Origin: an uncultured Hyphomicrobiaceae bacterium
Lineage (GTDB): Bacteria; Pseudomonadota; Alphaproteobacteria; Rhizobiales; CALHAX01
Assembly: GCA_937931785.1 (NCBI GenBank)
Contig: CALHAX010000105.1
Location: 30,701-94,700, forward strand
Direction: 5' to 3'
Length of the DNA: 64,000 bases
In this document: positions 29,422 through 40,800 of the stretch, one piece after another
How the letters are laid out: every line of letters starts with the position of its first letter
How positions within the stretch are numbered: the stretch's first letter is position 1
Position numbers and translations under genes: made by a program
The notes under the pieces: model-generated
The model's input: only the letters and a program-made list of their open reading frames with translations
Database searches by the model: none
Told to the model about the DNA's origin: nothing

Positions 29422-29739
29422 ATGATGATCGAGCAATCAACACTCCGGCAGAATTTGGTCCTGGTGATCTGCCTGGTGATGCTTGGTTATTTCGGCTTCC
29501 ATGCCGTCGAGGGGAAGCATGGCCTTGAGGCGCGCGCTGTTTTGTTAAAACGGGCTTCCGAGCTCGATCGTCGGCTTGCGCGCCTCGAGGTTAAGCGGCT
29601 CCGCCTTGTGCGGAATGTAGACCTCATGAGCAATGATCGTCTTGATCCCGACATGCTTGCCGAACAGGCGCGTCACGTCCTTGTGATGACACATCCTGAT
29701 GATGTTGTTCTAGTCCCGGATCGGCACGACCGGCGATAG
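29422..29739 (+). CDS. ftsB: Septum formation initiator family protein (FtsB/DivIC-like)
   Basis: A single N-terminal TM helix (LVLVICLVMLGYFGF) plus a coiled-coil. It holds the conserved position between eno and pdhA. Confidence 0.75.
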   Translation: MMIEQSTLRQNLVLVICLVMLGYFGFHAVEGKHGLEARAVLLKRASELDRRLARLEVKRLRLVRNVDLMSNDRLDPDMLAEQARHVLVMTHPDDVVLVPDRHDRR

Positions 29740-29895
29740 TCCATGCCAACCGGGCTCGCATCTTCACATGATCCATTCATCACGACATGATGCTCCAAAT
29801 TGGCAAGTCCGGTATGCGTAGTGTACGTTGTCCACTGACATCGGCTGCGATTGCAGATGCAATCAATGGCCTGGCCTGATCAAGAAGGATATCCA

Positions 29896-30933
29896 ATGAC
29901 TGCTGGTGCCCCAACTGCAGTTGCCTCGGCTCATGCAACGAATGGAGAAGCTCCTCCACCAACACCATTTACCAAGGAAGAAGACCTTCATGCCTATCGG
30001 GAGATGCTGCTGATCCGGCGTTTTGAGGAAAAAGCGGGTCAGCTTTACGGCATGGGGCATATCGGTGGCTTCTGTCATTTATACATCGGACAGGAAGCTG
30101 TTGTCGTAGGCATGCAAATGGCGATAGCGGAGGGAGATCAGGTGATCACCGCGTATCGTGAACACGGGCACATGCTCGCAACCGGTATGGACCCGAAAGG
30201 CGTAATGGCAGAGCTGACCGGTCGCAAAGGAGGTTATTCCCGTGGCAAGGGCGGCTCCATGCACATGTTCTCGAAAACAAAAGCCTTTTATGGCGGGCAT
30301 GGAATCGTTGGCGCGCAGGTTCCACTGGGGGCCGGGCTTGCGTTCGCGAACAAGTACCGCGGCGATGGGAAAGTGTCTTTGACGTACTTCGGCGAAGGTG
30401 CAGCGAACCAGGGCCAGGTTTACGAGACCTTCAACATGGCATCGCTCTGGAAACTCCCGGTGATCTTCATCATCGAGAACAACCGCTATGCAATGGGCAC
30501 GGCGGTCGAGCGCTCCGCCGCGCTGTCCGAGGAAATGTATGCCAGGGGGGCAGCGTTTGGCATTCCGGGCGAACAGGTCGACGGCATGGACGTGCGTGCT
30601 GTTCGTGCTGCTGGAGAAAAAGCTGCTGCACATGCCCGATCTGGCGAAGGACCGTATGTCCTCGAGATGAAAACCTACCGTTATCGCGGGCATTCCATGT
30701 CAGATCCGGCCAAATACAGAACACGTGAAGAAGTGACGCAAACCCGGGAAGAACGTGACCCCATAGAACGTGTGCGCGTTCGCCTGATGCGTGATCACGA
30801 CATGTCTGAAGATGAGCTCAAGGGGATGGACAAGACCATCCGTGCAACGGTCAATGAAAGTGCTGAGTTTGCCCAGAACGATCCTGAACCCGATCCATCG
30901 GAGCTCTGGACAGACGTGACTGTAGAAGCGTGA
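29896..30933 (+). CDS. pdhA: Pyruvate dehydrogenase E1 alpha subunit
   Basis: TPP-binding region, YRYRGHSMSDP motif, and an AAGGA RBS before the ATG at 29896. Confidence 0.93.
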   Translation: MTAGAPTAVASAHATNGEAPPPTPFTKEEDLHAYREMLLIRRFEEKAGQLYGMGHIGGFCHLYIGQEAVVVGMQMAIAEGDQVITAYREHGHMLATGMDPKGVMAELTGRKGGYSRGKGGSMHMFSKTKAFYGGHGIVGAQVPLGAGLAFANKYRGDGKVSLTYFGEGAANQGQVYETFNMASLWKLPVIFIIENNRYAMGTAVERSAALSEEMYARGAAFGIPGEQVDGMDVRAVRAAGEKAAAHARSGEGPYVLEMKTYRYRGHSMSDPAKYRTREEVTQTREERDPIERVRVRLMRDHDMSEDELKGMDKTIRATVNESAEFAQNDPEPDPSELWTDVTVEA

Positions 30934-30968
30934 TTTTTGGATCCCTGCGACGATAACGGATACCCCCT

Positions 30969-32345
30969 ATGCCTACTGATATTCTGATGCCTGCCCTGTC
31001 ACCCACCATGGAAGAGGGGACACTCGCCAAGTGGTTGGTCGCGGAAGGAGACGACATTTCGTCTGGTGACGTCATCGCGGAAATCGAGACCGATAAAGCA
31101 ACGATGGAAGTCGAGGCTGTCGACGAAGGCAAGCTTGGCAAAATTCTGATTGCGGCCGGCACCGAAAATGTTCCGGTCAACACGCCGATAGCGACTATTC
31201 TGGAGGATGGCGAGGACGCCTCTGCTGCACCTGTATCTGCAAAAGCTCCCGAAGTTGCTGCCCCCGCCGAAACCATATCCGCAACACAGACTGCCTCGAC
31301 AGCCACAACAGCACCAGCAGCAATCATTGCCCCTGACACGAGTGTGCCAGAAGGCACGACCATGATTTCGACAACCGTTCGCGAGGCGTTACGCGATGCC
31401 ATGGCGGAAGAGATGCGTGCGGACGACAACGTATTCCTGATGGGGGAAGAAGTCGCTGAGTACCAGGGCGCCTACAAGATCAGTCAGGGTCTGCTGGAAG
31501 AATTTGGAGATCGCAGGGTCATCGACACGCCGATCACGGAACATGGGTTTGCTGGTATCGGGACCGGCGCAGCATTCGCGGGATTGAAGCCGATCGTTGA
31601 ATTCATGACGTGGAATTTCGCGATGCAGGCCATCGACCACATCATCAATTCCGCTGCCAAGACGCTCTACATGTCAGGCGGGCAGATGGGGTGCCCGATT
31701 GTGTTTCGCGGAGCGAACGGCGCGGCTGCACGCGTCGCGGCCCAGCACTCGCAGTGTTACTCAGCGTGGTACGCACATGTGCCAGGTTTGAAGGTTGTCG
31801 CACCGTATACGGCCGCCGATGCGAAGGGTCTTTTGAAAGCAGCGATCCGCGACCCCAACCCTGTGCTCGTTCTTGAGAATGAAATTCTCTACGGTCAATC
31901 GTTTGATGTGCCAGAGATGGACGACTGGACGGTGCCGATCGGCAAGGCCAAGGTCGTGCGGGAAGGCGATGACGTAACAATCGTCTCATTCTCGCGTGGC
32001 ATGACCTATGCGCTCGAAGCTGCAAGCCGTCTTGCCGATGAGGGGATTAATGCGGAAGTGATCGATTTACGGTCCCTGCGGCCACTCGATACAGCAACCG
32101 TGATCGAGAGCGTCAAGAAAACGAACAGACTCGTCACCGTTGAGGAGGCCTGGCCGATATGTTCCATCGGTTCGGAAATTTGCCAGCAAGTGACAGCGCA
32201 GGCGTTTGATTATCTGGACGCACCACCAACGAAGGTAAGTGGCGCTGATGTCCCGATGCCCTATGCGGCCAATCTTGAGAAATTGGCTTTGCCATCAGCC
32301 GAGGATGTGATCGCTGCAGTCAAACAAGTCAGCTACAAGAACTGA
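30969..32345 (+). CDS. pdhB: Pyruvate dehydrogenase E1 beta subunit with an N-terminal lipoyl domain
   Basis: Lipoyl domain ([15 protein letters not shown]), an Ala/Pro/Thr-rich linker, then the transketolase-like E1 beta core ([13 protein letters not shown]). Confidence 0.93.
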   Translation: MPTDILMPALSPTMEEGTLAKWLVAEGDDISSGDVIAEIETDKATMEVEAVDEGKLGKILIAAGTENVPVNTPIATILEDGEDASAAPVSAKAPEVAAPAETISATQTASTATTAPAAIIAPDTSVPEGTTMISTTVREALRDAMAEEMRADDNVFLMGEEVAEYQGAYKISQGLLEEFGDRRVIDTPITEHGFAGIGTGAAFAGLKPIVEFMTWNFAMQAIDHIINSAAKTLYMSGGQMGCPIVFRGANGAAARVAAQHSQCYSAWYAHVPGLKVVAPYTAADAKGLLKAAIRDPNPVLVLENEILYGQSFDVPEMDDWTVPIGKAKVVREGDDVTIVSFSRGMTYALEAASRLADEGINAEVIDLRSLRPLDTATVIESVKKTNRLVTVEEAWPICSIGSEICQQVTAQAFDYLDAPPTKVSGADVPMPYAANLEKLALPSAEDVIAAVKQVSYKN

Positions 32346-32401
32346 ACGATTGTCTGATCCATACCTGAAGAGATCCACTTAGACGACGAACGGATATCGC
32401 A

Positions 32402-33712
32402 ATGCCTATCCCGATTTTAATGCCGGCACTTTCCCCCACGATGGAGGAAGGTACGCTTGCCAAGTGGCTTGTGAAAGAAGGGGACAGTGTGTCGTCTGGT
32501 GACGTCATTGCCGAGATCGAGACGGACAAGGCCACCATGGAAGTGGAGGCAATTGATGAAGGAACCGTTGGGAAAATCCTGATTGCTGCAGGAACGGAGG
32601 GCGTCGCCGTCAACAAGCCCATCATGATCCTTCTGGAAGATGGAGAAGAGGCAGGCGATCTGACGGATGCGGTTCCTGCAAGCGCGCCTTCGCCCAAGCT
32701 CACCGAAACGGTGGAGGCCTCTGCGTCTGCTCCAAAACCTTCTACGCAGCCTGCAACACACTCGAACGAGCATACATCGAATGGAACGCGCGTATTTGCG
32801 TCTCCTCTTGCGCGTCGTCTGGCGTCACAATCCGGAATTGATATTGCGGCACTGAAAGGTTCCGGCCCGCATGGACGGATTGTGAAGGCTGATATCGAGC
32901 ACGCCCGGAAAGATGGCGGGGTCTCACAGCTCGGCGCTGCCTCCGCTGCAGCGGGTGGCGTTGGCCAGGCCGTTGCGTTTCCACGAGCCATGGCCGATGA
33001 CAAGGTCATGGCGCTTTACGAGGAAGGCTCCTACGAGGTCGTTCCTCATAACAACATGCGCAAGACGATTGCGACACGTCTTGTCGAAGCCAAGACAACC
33101 ATTCCGCATTTCTATCTCACCATCGACTGTCGTCTTGATGAGCTGCTTTCTGCACGCAAACGCATGAACGAAATGGCGGATGGACGATACAAGCTTTCCG
33201 TCAACGATTTCATCATCAAGTCGCTTGGTTTGGCATTGCAGGACGTCCCCGCAGCCAACGCAACCTGGACAGAAAAGGGAATGCTTCGCCATACCCGCGC
33301 CGATGTTGGCGTTGCAGTTGCCGTTGAAGGTGGACTGTTCACACCGGTCATTCGTCATGCGGATCTGAAAACACTTTCGGAAATTTCCAACGAGATGAAA
33401 GATCTTGCCGGACGTGCGCGGGACAGGAAATTGAAACCTCATGAATACCAGGGAGGCACATCGTCGATTTCCAACCTTGGTATGATGGGGATCAGAAGCT
33501 TTGACGCCGTCATCAACCCACCACACGCTACAATTCTGGCTGTCGGGGCTGGTGAACAGCGCATGATTGTCGTCGATGGCGCGCCGGTGGTCGCAAGCAT
33601 GGTCAGTTGCACGCTGTCGTGCGATCACCGCGTTGTGGATGGTGCACTCGGTGCCGAATTACTAGCCGCTTTCAAACGGTATATCGAAGACCCTGTCCGC
33701 ATGCTTGTGTGA
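32402..33712 (+). CDS. pdhC: Dihydrolipoamide acetyltransferase (E2) of pyruvate dehydrogenase
   Basis: Lipoyl domain, E3-binding domain (ASPLARRLA), and catalytic domain with DHRVVDGA. Confidence 0.93.
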   Translation: MPIPILMPALSPTMEEGTLAKWLVKEGDSVSSGDVIAEIETDKATMEVEAIDEGTVGKILIAAGTEGVAVNKPIMILLEDGEEAGDLTDAVPASAPSPKLTETVEASASAPKPSTQPATHSNEHTSNGTRVFASPLARRLASQSGIDIAALKGSGPHGRIVKADIEHARKDGGVSQLGAASAAAGGVGQAVAFPRAMADDKVMALYEEGSYEVVPHNNMRKTIATRLVEAKTTIPHFYLTIDCRLDELLSARKRMNEMADGRYKLSVNDFIIKSLGLALQDVPAANATWTEKGMLRHTRADVGVAVAVEGGLFTPVIRHADLKTLSEISNEMKDLAGRARDRKLKPHEYQGGTSSISNLGMMGIRSFDAVINPPHATILAVGAGEQRMIVVDGAPVVASMVSCTLSCDHRVVDGALGAELLAAFKRYIEDPVRMLV

Positions 33713-33839
33713 GCATTGCTGTGGTTTGCGTGCATCGCGTGAGGCGAATCTGATCCGTTACACAGATCTGTGACTTGCCGCATTCACGCTGCATCGGGGA
33801 TGAACACGCCGTGTGTTTTTTGAAAAGCGAGTTGGCTTC

Positions 33840-34112
33840 ATGCGTCGATGCCTTGCCGTTGGTTGTATTTCTGTGATCGCAGCATTCGTGTTGGCAGGCT
33901 GTGCCAACAATCAAGGCCTGTATGGAGGGGCAGGGTTATCCGTAAGCGGGAAACCAGTCGCGAAGCATAACAAACGTGCGTCTGCAAAAACATGTCGATC
34001 AATCAAACGTGAACTCAATCGTTTCGAGCGACGGCGCGAAACAGGTTCAAAGGCCTATGACGCTGCGATTGCAAGGTACATTCGCCACGAATGCGACACC
34101 CAGACAGGCTAA
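33840..34112 (+). CDS. Small hypothetical lipoprotein
   Basis: MRRCLAVGCISVIAAFVLAGC has a lipobox (LAGC). The mature part is basic. No family recognised. Confidence 0.55.
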   Translation: MRRCLAVGCISVIAAFVLAGCANNQGLYGGAGLSVSGKPVAKHNKRASAKTCRSIKRELNRFERRRETGSKAYDAAIARYIRHECDTQTG

Positions 34113-34223
34113 CCATATCTTGCACGTACCATCGGTGCGTCCTGGCGGATGACTTGTGAGTAAGTATGACAACCTGTTACCTGAATGCGGAATGTAACCC
34201 GCATCCGGAGCCGTTGTCTTTTC

Positions 34224-35669
34224 ATGTCCCAACAATCCTACGACGTTCTCATTATTGGCGGTGGTCCTGGTGGCTATGTTGCGGCCATCCGCGCAGCCCA
34301 ACTCGGCCTGAAGACAGCGGTGGTCGAGCGTGAGCACCTTGGTGGCATCTGCCTCAACTGGGGATGTATTCCCACAAAGGCCTTGTTGCGATCCGCAGAG
34401 ATTTTTCATTACGGGCAACATGCAGCGGACTATGGTCTCACTTTGGACGGTAAAATGGGCTTCGACACCAGTGCCATCGTGAAACGATCACGGGGGGTGT
34501 CCGGTCAGTTGAATGGCGGCGTCGGCTTCCTTCTCAAAAAGAATAAAGTCGATGTGATCTGGGGCGAAGCGAAGATCACGAAACCGGGTGAGGTCATCGT
34601 TGCCACGCCGACAAAGACCCCGATGGAGCCAAAACACCCTCAACCGAAGGGCACGCTCGACGCAGGAACCTATCACGCCAAACACATTATCGTTGCGACG
34701 GGAGCGCGGCCACGCGTTATTCCCGGCATCGAACCAGACGGGAAAAAAATCTGGACCTATTTCGAGGCGATGGTTCCAGCCGAAATGCCCAAATCGCTCA
34801 TTGTGATGGGCTCTGGAGCAATCGGGATCGAATTTGCCTCGTTCTACCGCACCATGGGTGTGGACGTGACCGTGATTGAACTCCTTCCACAAATCCTCGC
34901 TGTTGAGGATGCTGAGATTGCAGCGCACGCACGCAAACGTTTCGAGAAGCAGGGAATGAACATCCTGACGGGCGCCAAAGTCACAAAAGTCGATACAAGC
35001 GGCGCGGGTGTCGTTGCCACGGTTGTAACGGAAGACGGGTCCACTCAGACGCTCTCAGCAGACAAATTGATTTCGGCAGTTGGCGTCGTTGGTAATATCG
35101 AAAGCCTGGGGCTCGAAAGTCTGGGGGTGAAGACAGATCGAGGTTGCGTTGTGATCGATGCTTACGCCAAGACGAACGTACCTGGGATCTACGCAATCGG
35201 CGACGTGGCCGGACCACCAATGCTCGCGCACAAGGCAGAGCATGAAGGTGTGATCTGCGTTGAGGCGATTGCCGGCAAGGAGGCACATCCAATGGACAAG
35301 GCGCGAATTCCGGGATGTACGTACTGTCATCCACAGATCGCGTCCGTCGGCCTGACTGAGGACAAGGCCAAGGAAGCTGGGCACGAAATCAAGGTCGGGC
35401 GCTTCCCGTTCATGGGAAACGGCAAGGCAATAGCACTCGGTGAACCTGAGGGCATGGTCAAGACGATTTTTGACGCAAAAACCGGTCAGTTGCTTGGGGC
35501 ACATATGGTGGGAGCGGAGGTCACGGAACTCATTCAGGGCTTTGCCGTGGCAATGCAACTTGAGACAACGGAAGAAGATCTGATGCACGCAGTCTTCCCG
35601 CATCCGACCCTTTCGGAAATGATGCATGAAAGCGTGTTGGACGCCTACGACCGTGTCATTCACATGTGA
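34224..35669 (+). CDS. lpdA: Dihydrolipoyl dehydrogenase (E3)
   Basis: YDVLIIGGGPGGY FAD motif and redox disulfide GGICLNWGCIPTK. I chose the start at MSQQSYD. Confidence 0.93.
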   Translation: MSQQSYDVLIIGGGPGGYVAAIRAAQLGLKTAVVEREHLGGICLNWGCIPTKALLRSAEIFHYGQHAADYGLTLDGKMGFDTSAIVKRSRGVSGQLNGGVGFLLKKNKVDVIWGEAKITKPGEVIVATPTKTPMEPKHPQPKGTLDAGTYHAKHIIVATGARPRVIPGIEPDGKKIWTYFEAMVPAEMPKSLIVMGSGAIGIEFASFYRTMGVDVTVIELLPQILAVEDAEIAAHARKRFEKQGMNILTGAKVTKVDTSGAGVVATVVTEDGSTQTLSADKLISAVGVVGNIESLGLESLGVKTDRGCVVIDAYAKTNVPGIYAIGDVAGPPMLAHKAEHEGVICVEAIAGKEAHPMDKARIPGCTYCHPQIASVGLTEDKAKEAGHEIKVGRFPFMGNGKAIALGEPEGMVKTIFDAKTGQLLGAHMVGAEVTELIQGFAVAMQLETTEEDLMHAVFPHPTLSEMMHESVLDAYDRVIHM

Positions 35670-35744
35670 CGAAACCGGTTGCCTGCCTGTCATTCAGAAT
35701 CTGTGTATAGTTCAGATAATCAAGGTACGACGGGAGAGATCGTC

Positions 35745-35993
35745 ATGGATGCGCGCGCGCTCATCATATTTTTGATCATCGGTATTGTAGCGGGTTTTCT
35801 CGCGAGCATCGTCGTCGGTGGTGGCGGTCTTATCCAGTATCTTGTCAGTGGTGTACTTGGCGCGTTCGTCGGTGGTTGGCTATTGGGTGCGCTCGGGGCA
35901 AGTCTTGGCATCTCAAATCCACTGATCTCGCAGATTGTGACATCGACGATTGGCGCGATCGTGGTGGTGATCATTGCCCGCCTGATCAGTTAG
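35745..35993 (+). CDS. GlsB/YeaQ/YmgE family small membrane protein
   Basis: 82 aa with Gly-rich TM helices (IIGIVAGFLASIVVGGGG...GAFVGGWLLG). A GGGAGAG RBS precedes the start. Confidence 0.8.
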   Translation: MDARALIIFLIIGIVAGFLASIVVGGGGLIQYLVSGVLGAFVGGWLLGALGASLGISNPLISQIVTSTIGAIVVVIIARLIS

Positions 35994-36053
35994 TATCGTT
36001 ACATCCTCAGGTGAGCGCTGGACTTGAGAGAGCCATCCCCCCATATTTGCTCC

Positions 36054-37007
36054 ATGACAACACTTATTGACACAAGATCCGAAGGCGCCGCGCCGCGCCA
36101 TCCTGAAAAGGCAGCGCGGCCAGACACGGCTATACTGCGGAAACCATCGTGGATCCGGGTCAAGGCTCCGGGTTCACCTGCCTATGCCGCAACACGTAAG
36201 ATCGTGAAGGAACACGGTCTCGCGACGGTTTGCGAAGAGGCCGGTTGCCCCAACATTGGCGAGTGTTGGGAAAAGAAACACGCAACCATGATGATCATGG
36301 GCGAGATCTGCACACGGGCTTGTGCGTTCTGTAATGTGCGCACAGGACTACCCGACGCGCTGGATAGAAGCGAACCTGCGCGAGTAGGCAAGGCGGTTGC
36401 AACGCTTGGACTGGAACACGTCGTCATCACGTCCGTAGATCGGGATGATCTTGCTGACGGAGGTGCACTGCATTTCGCAGATACAATCGCAGCGATCCGT
36501 GACGCGGCGCCCGACACAACTATAGAGATTCTGACACCAGATTTCCTGCGCAAGGACGGGGCGCTGGATGTTGTGATCGATGCGGCACCAGACGTCTTCA
36601 ACCACAACCTCGAAACCGTTCCTTCAAAATATCTGACGATCCGGCCAGGCGCGCGATATTTTCATTCCTTGCGCCTGCTTCAACGAGTGAAGGAACGCAA
36701 TCCGCAGATTTTCACCAAGTCGGGTATCATGGTGGGCTTTGGCGAGGAGCGGAACGAGGTTCTGCAGTTGATGGATGACTTGCGTGCAGCGGATGTGGAT
36801 TTTCTGACGATCGGACAGTATCTGCAACCCTCGCGCAAACACGCAGAAATCAAGGAGTTCGTGACGCCAGAGACGTTCAAGGCCTATGAGCGGATCGCCT
36901 ATGCAAAGGGGTTTCACATGGTCGCATCCAGTCCACTGACCCGTTCATCCTATCATGCAGGTGAAGATTTCGCACAGCTCCGCGCTGCGCGACGTGCGTC
37001 TGCGTAG
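36054..37007 (+). CDS. lipA: Lipoyl synthase
   Basis: Radical-SAM [10 protein letters not shown] plus the N-terminal auxiliary-cluster cysteines ([12 protein letters not shown]). Confidence 0.93.
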   Translation: MTTLIDTRSEGAAPRHPEKAARPDTAILRKPSWIRVKAPGSPAYAATRKIVKEHGLATVCEEAGCPNIGECWEKKHATMMIMGEICTRACAFCNVRTGLPDALDRSEPARVGKAVATLGLEHVVITSVDRDDLADGGALHFADTIAAIRDAAPDTTIEILTPDFLRKDGALDVVIDAAPDVFNHNLETVPSKYLTIRPGARYFHSLRLLQRVKERNPQIFTKSGIMVGFGEERNEVLQLMDDLRAADVDFLTIGQYLQPSRKHAEIKEFVTPETFKAYERIAYAKGFHMVASSPLTRSSYHAGEDFAQLRAARRASA

Positions 37008-37052
37008 CGGGCGCCAGACGATAGAACTCTCGCCCGCTCATTTAGGTCTCCC

Positions 37053-37511
37053 ATGCCGCAATTCGAAACACGCCGACGGGTCCGCCATCGTGCGCAGGAC
37101 ATGTTCGATCTTGTCGCGGATGTGGAGAGTTATCCCGAGTTCGTGCCGCTCTGCCAGTCTTTGTCAATCAGAGAGAAAACTGTTGGTGCGAATGGGCATC
37201 CGGCCATCGTTGCGGACATGACCGTGGCGTACAAACTGTTCCACGAAACGTTCACCAGTCGCGCCACGATGGATCGCGAGAACCTGTCCATCCTGGCGGA
37301 GTATCTCGACGGCCCGTTCTCGCACATGGAAAACAAGTGGCGTTTCGTTGCATCGGGGGAGACGTCATGCACTGTGAATTTCGCGATCGACTATGCATTC
37401 AGGTCGCGAACGCTGGAGATGTTGATGGGGACCATGTTTGATACGGCATTCCGAAAATTTGCAACGGCGTTCGAAACACGGGCCGACGTGGTGTACGGCC
37501 GCCAACGATAG
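37053..37511 (+). CDS. SRPBCC-fold protein (RatA/COQ10 family)
   Basis: 152 aa polyketide_cyc2-like protein. The position downstream of lipA is conserved in alphaproteobacteria. Confidence 0.85.
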   Translation: MPQFETRRRVRHRAQDMFDLVADVESYPEFVPLCQSLSIREKTVGANGHPAIVADMTVAYKLFHETFTSRATMDRENLSILAEYLDGPFSHMENKWRFVASGETSCTVNFAIDYAFRSRTLEMLMGTMFDTAFRKFATAFETRADVVYGRQR

Positions 37512-37556
37512 AGGTATGGGACACCTCGCGCAGTACAACTCTTGCAGGAGTATCTG

Positions 37557-38153
37557 ATGTCCGTCTGGCCTCCATCCTTTTCCGTAACTGGTGATCATGT
37601 TTCAGTGGTTGAATTGTCAACGGAGCATGAAGCTGATCTTGTCGAGGCGGCGGCCGATGGCGAACTCCATAAGCTCTGGTACACGACTATTCCGAAACCG
37701 GACGAAGTGAACGCAGAAATCAAACGCCGTTTGGCACTGCGTGCAAGTGGCTCCATGCTCCCGTTTAGCATTGTTGATCGCACGTCGGGCAAGGTCGTCG
37801 GCATGACCACCTACATGAACATCGATGTCGTAAACCGACGCATTGAAATTGGCTCAACCTGGTATCGCAAGTCCGTCCAACGTTCGCCGTTGAACACCGA
37901 ATGCAAGCTGCTTCTGCTACAACATGCGTTTGAGAAACTGGACTGCATTGCAGTGGAGTTCCGTACGCATTTTATCAACGTCCAGAGCAGGCGCGCAATT
38001 GAGCGGCTGGGAGCGAAATTAGACGGAGTGCTGCGTGCGCACATGATTATGGCGAACGGAACAGTGCGGGATACGGCATGTTATTCGATCATCGCGTCGG
38101 AATGGCCGACGGTTAAAGCCAACCTGCAGTGGATGCTGGAAAAACCACGCTGA
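37557..38153 (+). CDS. GNAT family N-acetyltransferase (RimJ/RimL-like)
   Basis: About 198 aa with an Acetyltransf_3-like core (IGSTWY...QRSPLNTECKLLLLQHAFE). Confidence 0.8.
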   Translation: MSVWPPSFSVTGDHVSVVELSTEHEADLVEAAADGELHKLWYTTIPKPDEVNAEIKRRLALRASGSMLPFSIVDRTSGKVVGMTTYMNIDVVNRRIEIGSTWYRKSVQRSPLNTECKLLLLQHAFEKLDCIAVEFRTHFINVQSRRAIERLGAKLDGVLRAHMIMANGTVRDTACYSIIASEWPTVKANLQWMLEKPR

Positions 38154-38648
38154 TCAAACGGCAATGATTTCGCCAACCAGTTCCAGCGCGGAAGCTATTG
38201 TCGCCAACCGGATCTCTGATCGCGACATTGGGCCATAGTGGTAGGCCCTGTGAAGAACCGTGCTATTCATTGCGGACGCTATGTGAACCAGACCAACCGG
38301 CTTTTCCAGACTGCCACCTCCCGGCCCAGCAACGCCTGTAACGGCAATGGACACGGTTGCGTTCGAGTGGATCAGCGCACCTGTCGCCATGGCACGTGCT
38401 ACAGGTTCACTCACAGCCCCGTGCGCGACAATCATGTCAGAAGGTACATCGAGCAATTCGTGTTTCGCTTCGTTCGAGTAAGTCACGAAGCCACGATCCA
38501 GAACATCGGATGAGCCAGCCAGTTCTGTGATAAGGCCGGAAATCAGTCCGCCAGTACAACTCTCGGCTGTTGCAAGAACAAGATGTCTTCCGCGAAGCTG
38601 GCTCGACACAAGTTCCGCCGCTTGAATCATTTCAGCCGGAAACATCAT
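38154..38648 (-). CDS. pncC: CinA C-terminal domain protein / nicotinamide-nucleotide amidohydrolase PncC
   Basis: LATAESCTGGLISGLIT and TGVAGPGGG motifs. Confidence 0.88.
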   Translation of the reverse strand: MMFPAEMIQAAELVSSQLRGRHLVLATAESCTGGLISGLITELAGSSDVLDRGFVTYSNEAKHELLDVPSDMIVAHGAVSEPVARAMATGALIHSNATVSIAVTGVAGPGGGSLEKPVGLVHIASAMNSTVLHRAYHYGPMSRSEIRLATIASALELVGEIIAV

Positions 38649-38692
38649 GGATGTCCCGGCTGTCAGATCGTGCGGATGCGTGTATCAGGCGT

Positions 38693-39163
38693 TCAAGCCG
38701 CAACAAGTTTTTCTGCAGAATCGAGGATGGAATCGAATTTTTCACTGCTCTCGCTTCCGAGAATTTTTTCGACAGTATCCTGGGTTTGTCGCCACACCGG
38801 ATATGCAGCCTGAATAGCTTTACGACCGGCTTCGGATAAATGCAGCCCACGGCCATGTCGTCCGGCAGGCGGATCCATTTGAATAAGCCCGATACCGACA
38901 AGTCGCTTGAGATTACGGCTCAGCGTTGACTTTTCAATGTCAAGTGACACCCCGATTTCAGCAGCCGTAATACCGTCACGCTGCGCAACCGCGGTCAATA
39001 ACGTAAACTGACTGGATGTCAGTCCCAACGACCGGAGGGCATCATCATACACGCGCGTTATAATTCGACTCATCCGTCGTACACGTAATGCAACACAACA
39101 TGCTGATGACGACTCGCCGATTTCCTCGGCAGTCAGTCCCTTGAGCTCAGCATTCTGTTTCAT
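38693..39163 (-). CDS. MarR family transcriptional regulator
   Basis: 156 aa with a winged-HTH region (LGLTSSQFTLLTAV...ITAAEIGVSLDIEKSTLSRNLKRL). Confidence 0.88.
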   Translation of the reverse strand: MKQNAELKGLTAEEIGESSSACCVALRVRRMSRIITRVYDDALRSLGLTSSQFTLLTAVAQRDGITAAEIGVSLDIEKSTLSRNLKRLVGIGLIQMDPPAGRHGRGLHLSEAGRKAIQAAYPVWRQTQDTVEKILGSESSEKFDSILDSAEKLVAA

Positions 39164-39390
39164 GATGTTTGCCCCGAGTCCGCACCCCTGAAATTATTCA
39201 GACAAACTGGGGTGATTCCTGAGTCCTGGCAACGGAGTGTCGTACCGGTATTGTCAGAAAGACCACAGTGATGCCTGGTTACCTCACCATGAGTGCCACA
39301 AATGCACGCGATGAAGAGCGTATACGGCGCGAATTGGCATCTTTCATTGGTTCACGGAAGTTGTGGACACGCAGCCATGGCACGCCAAGT

Positions 39391-40620
39391 TTAGGAAGAG
39401 GAGGGCAGGGCCAGTGTGACTGTTGCAAGCGCTGCAATGCCTTCACCGCGTCCCGGAAAACCCAAACGCTCGGTGGTCGTTGCCTTCACGCTGATCCGAT
39501 CGTGGCCAAGACTTAAGATGCTCGACAGGCATTGGGTCATGGCCGCTCTGTGTGGTCCGATCTTCGGCGCCTCGCAGATAAGAGTAATATCGACATGGCG
39601 GATCTCGCCGTGTCGTTCTCCAACCCGACGGACGGCATCCTCCAAGAACAGAACGGAGTTAGCTCCCTTCCACTGTGGATCCGAGGGCGGAAAATGCGTG
39701 CCAATGTCACCATCTCCCAATGCACCAAGGATCGCATCCGTGAGGGCATGCAAGCCAACATCTGCATCAGAGTGTCCTGAAAGACGTTGTGAGAATGGAA
39801 TGGTTACACCGCACAGGATGACAGCATCTCCGTCTGCAAACGCATGGACGTCGAACCCTTGACCGACGCGTGTTTCAAGTGCTGGCATGTCGTGTTCCTG
39901 AAATGTCGCAATGCGTTGACAGGCCCAGATCAGATCATCTGTCGTGGTGATTTTGCGCAAATCTTCACTACCGGACACGAGTACAACGTTCATGCCAGAC
40001 GCCTCTGCAATGGAAGCATCATCGGTGAAGGTGGTTTGATCGTTTCCTGATGTTTGCCGATGTGCGTTGAGGAGCTTTTCAAACCTGAAGGCTTGCGGGG
40101 TTTGCGCGCGCCAGAGGTGGTCCCGAACAACCGTGGCGGCAATTGTGTTGTCTTCGCCGCTGCGTTTCAGAGTATCGGCCACGGGCAGAGCTGGCACCGC
40201 ACCATCATGCTCCGTCAATGCCAACAATACAGCGTCGATTGTTGCTGATCTGAGAAACGGTCGCGCCGCATCGTGGATAAGGACATGCTTGGGCTCGAGT
40301 CCGGTCAGGGCATCCAATCCGTTGAACGCCGAAATTTGGCGTGTCGGACCACCGAATACAGGAGGGCGGAGTTTGCGATCTGGGTCATGCAGGACCGTAA
40401 CGGCTTGCCTGTATCTCTCAACATCGTCCGCATGGATGACAACTTGAACGTAGTGTATGCTTGAATGCTGAAGCAACGGCTCAATGGCATGGGCCAGGAT
40501 TGTGCGTCCGTTCAATTCCAGATACTGCTTCGCAAGTCCGTCAGACGCATCGGCCAGGCGCGTTCCGCGACCTGCCGCGACAACAAGCGCCGCCGTTGTA
40601 TTCGATGGTGTCGTATTCAC
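39391..40620 (-). CDS. ispDF: Bifunctional IspD/IspF (MEP cytidylyltransferase / MEcPP synthase)
   Basis: N-terminal VVAAGRGTRL (IspD) and C-terminal GQGFDVHAF...GHSDADVGLHA (IspF). I guessed the start at GTG 40620; the ORF extends to 40743. Confidence 0.9.
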   Translation of the reverse strand: MNTTPSNTTAALVVAAGRGTRLADASDGLAKQYLELNGRTILAHAIEPLLQHSSIHYVQVVIHADDVERYRQAVTVLHDPDRKLRPPVFGGPTRQISAFNGLDALTGLEPKHVLIHDAARPFLRSATIDAVLLALTEHDGAVPALPVADTLKRSGEDNTIAATVVRDHLWRAQTPQAFRFEKLLNAHRQTSGNDQTTFTDDASIAEASGMNVVLVSGSEDLRKITTTDDLIWACQRIATFQEHDMPALETRVGQGFDVHAFADGDAVILCGVTIPFSQRLSGHSDADVGLHALTDAILGALGDGDIGTHFPPSDPQWKGANSVLFLEDAVRRVGERHGEIRHVDITLICEAPKIGPHRAAMTQCLSSILSLGHDRISVKATTTERLGFPGRGEGIAALATVTLALPSSS

Positions 40621-40800
40621 TCTGCGACTGCCTTCGGGAGTTCTGCTTCGCAGTGCAAATGCATCAGTCAATGTTGTGTTGCAAGCAGGATCATGTCGTT
40701 CCCAGTGATGCTGGGTCTCCGAAACATCTGTCTTTTTTCCCAAAAACGTCTAATATTTAGGCGAAACCATCGCAACCTAACCGCTGCCTAGATTTTGACC

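Noticed and set aside
37053-37511. A 'RatA toxin' reading that would imply a toxin-antitoxin module.
   Set aside because: No antitoxin-like partner is adjacent. This SRPBCC/COQ10-like gene is conserved next to lipA in alphaproteobacteria and is better treated as a housekeeping lipid- or quinone-binding protein.
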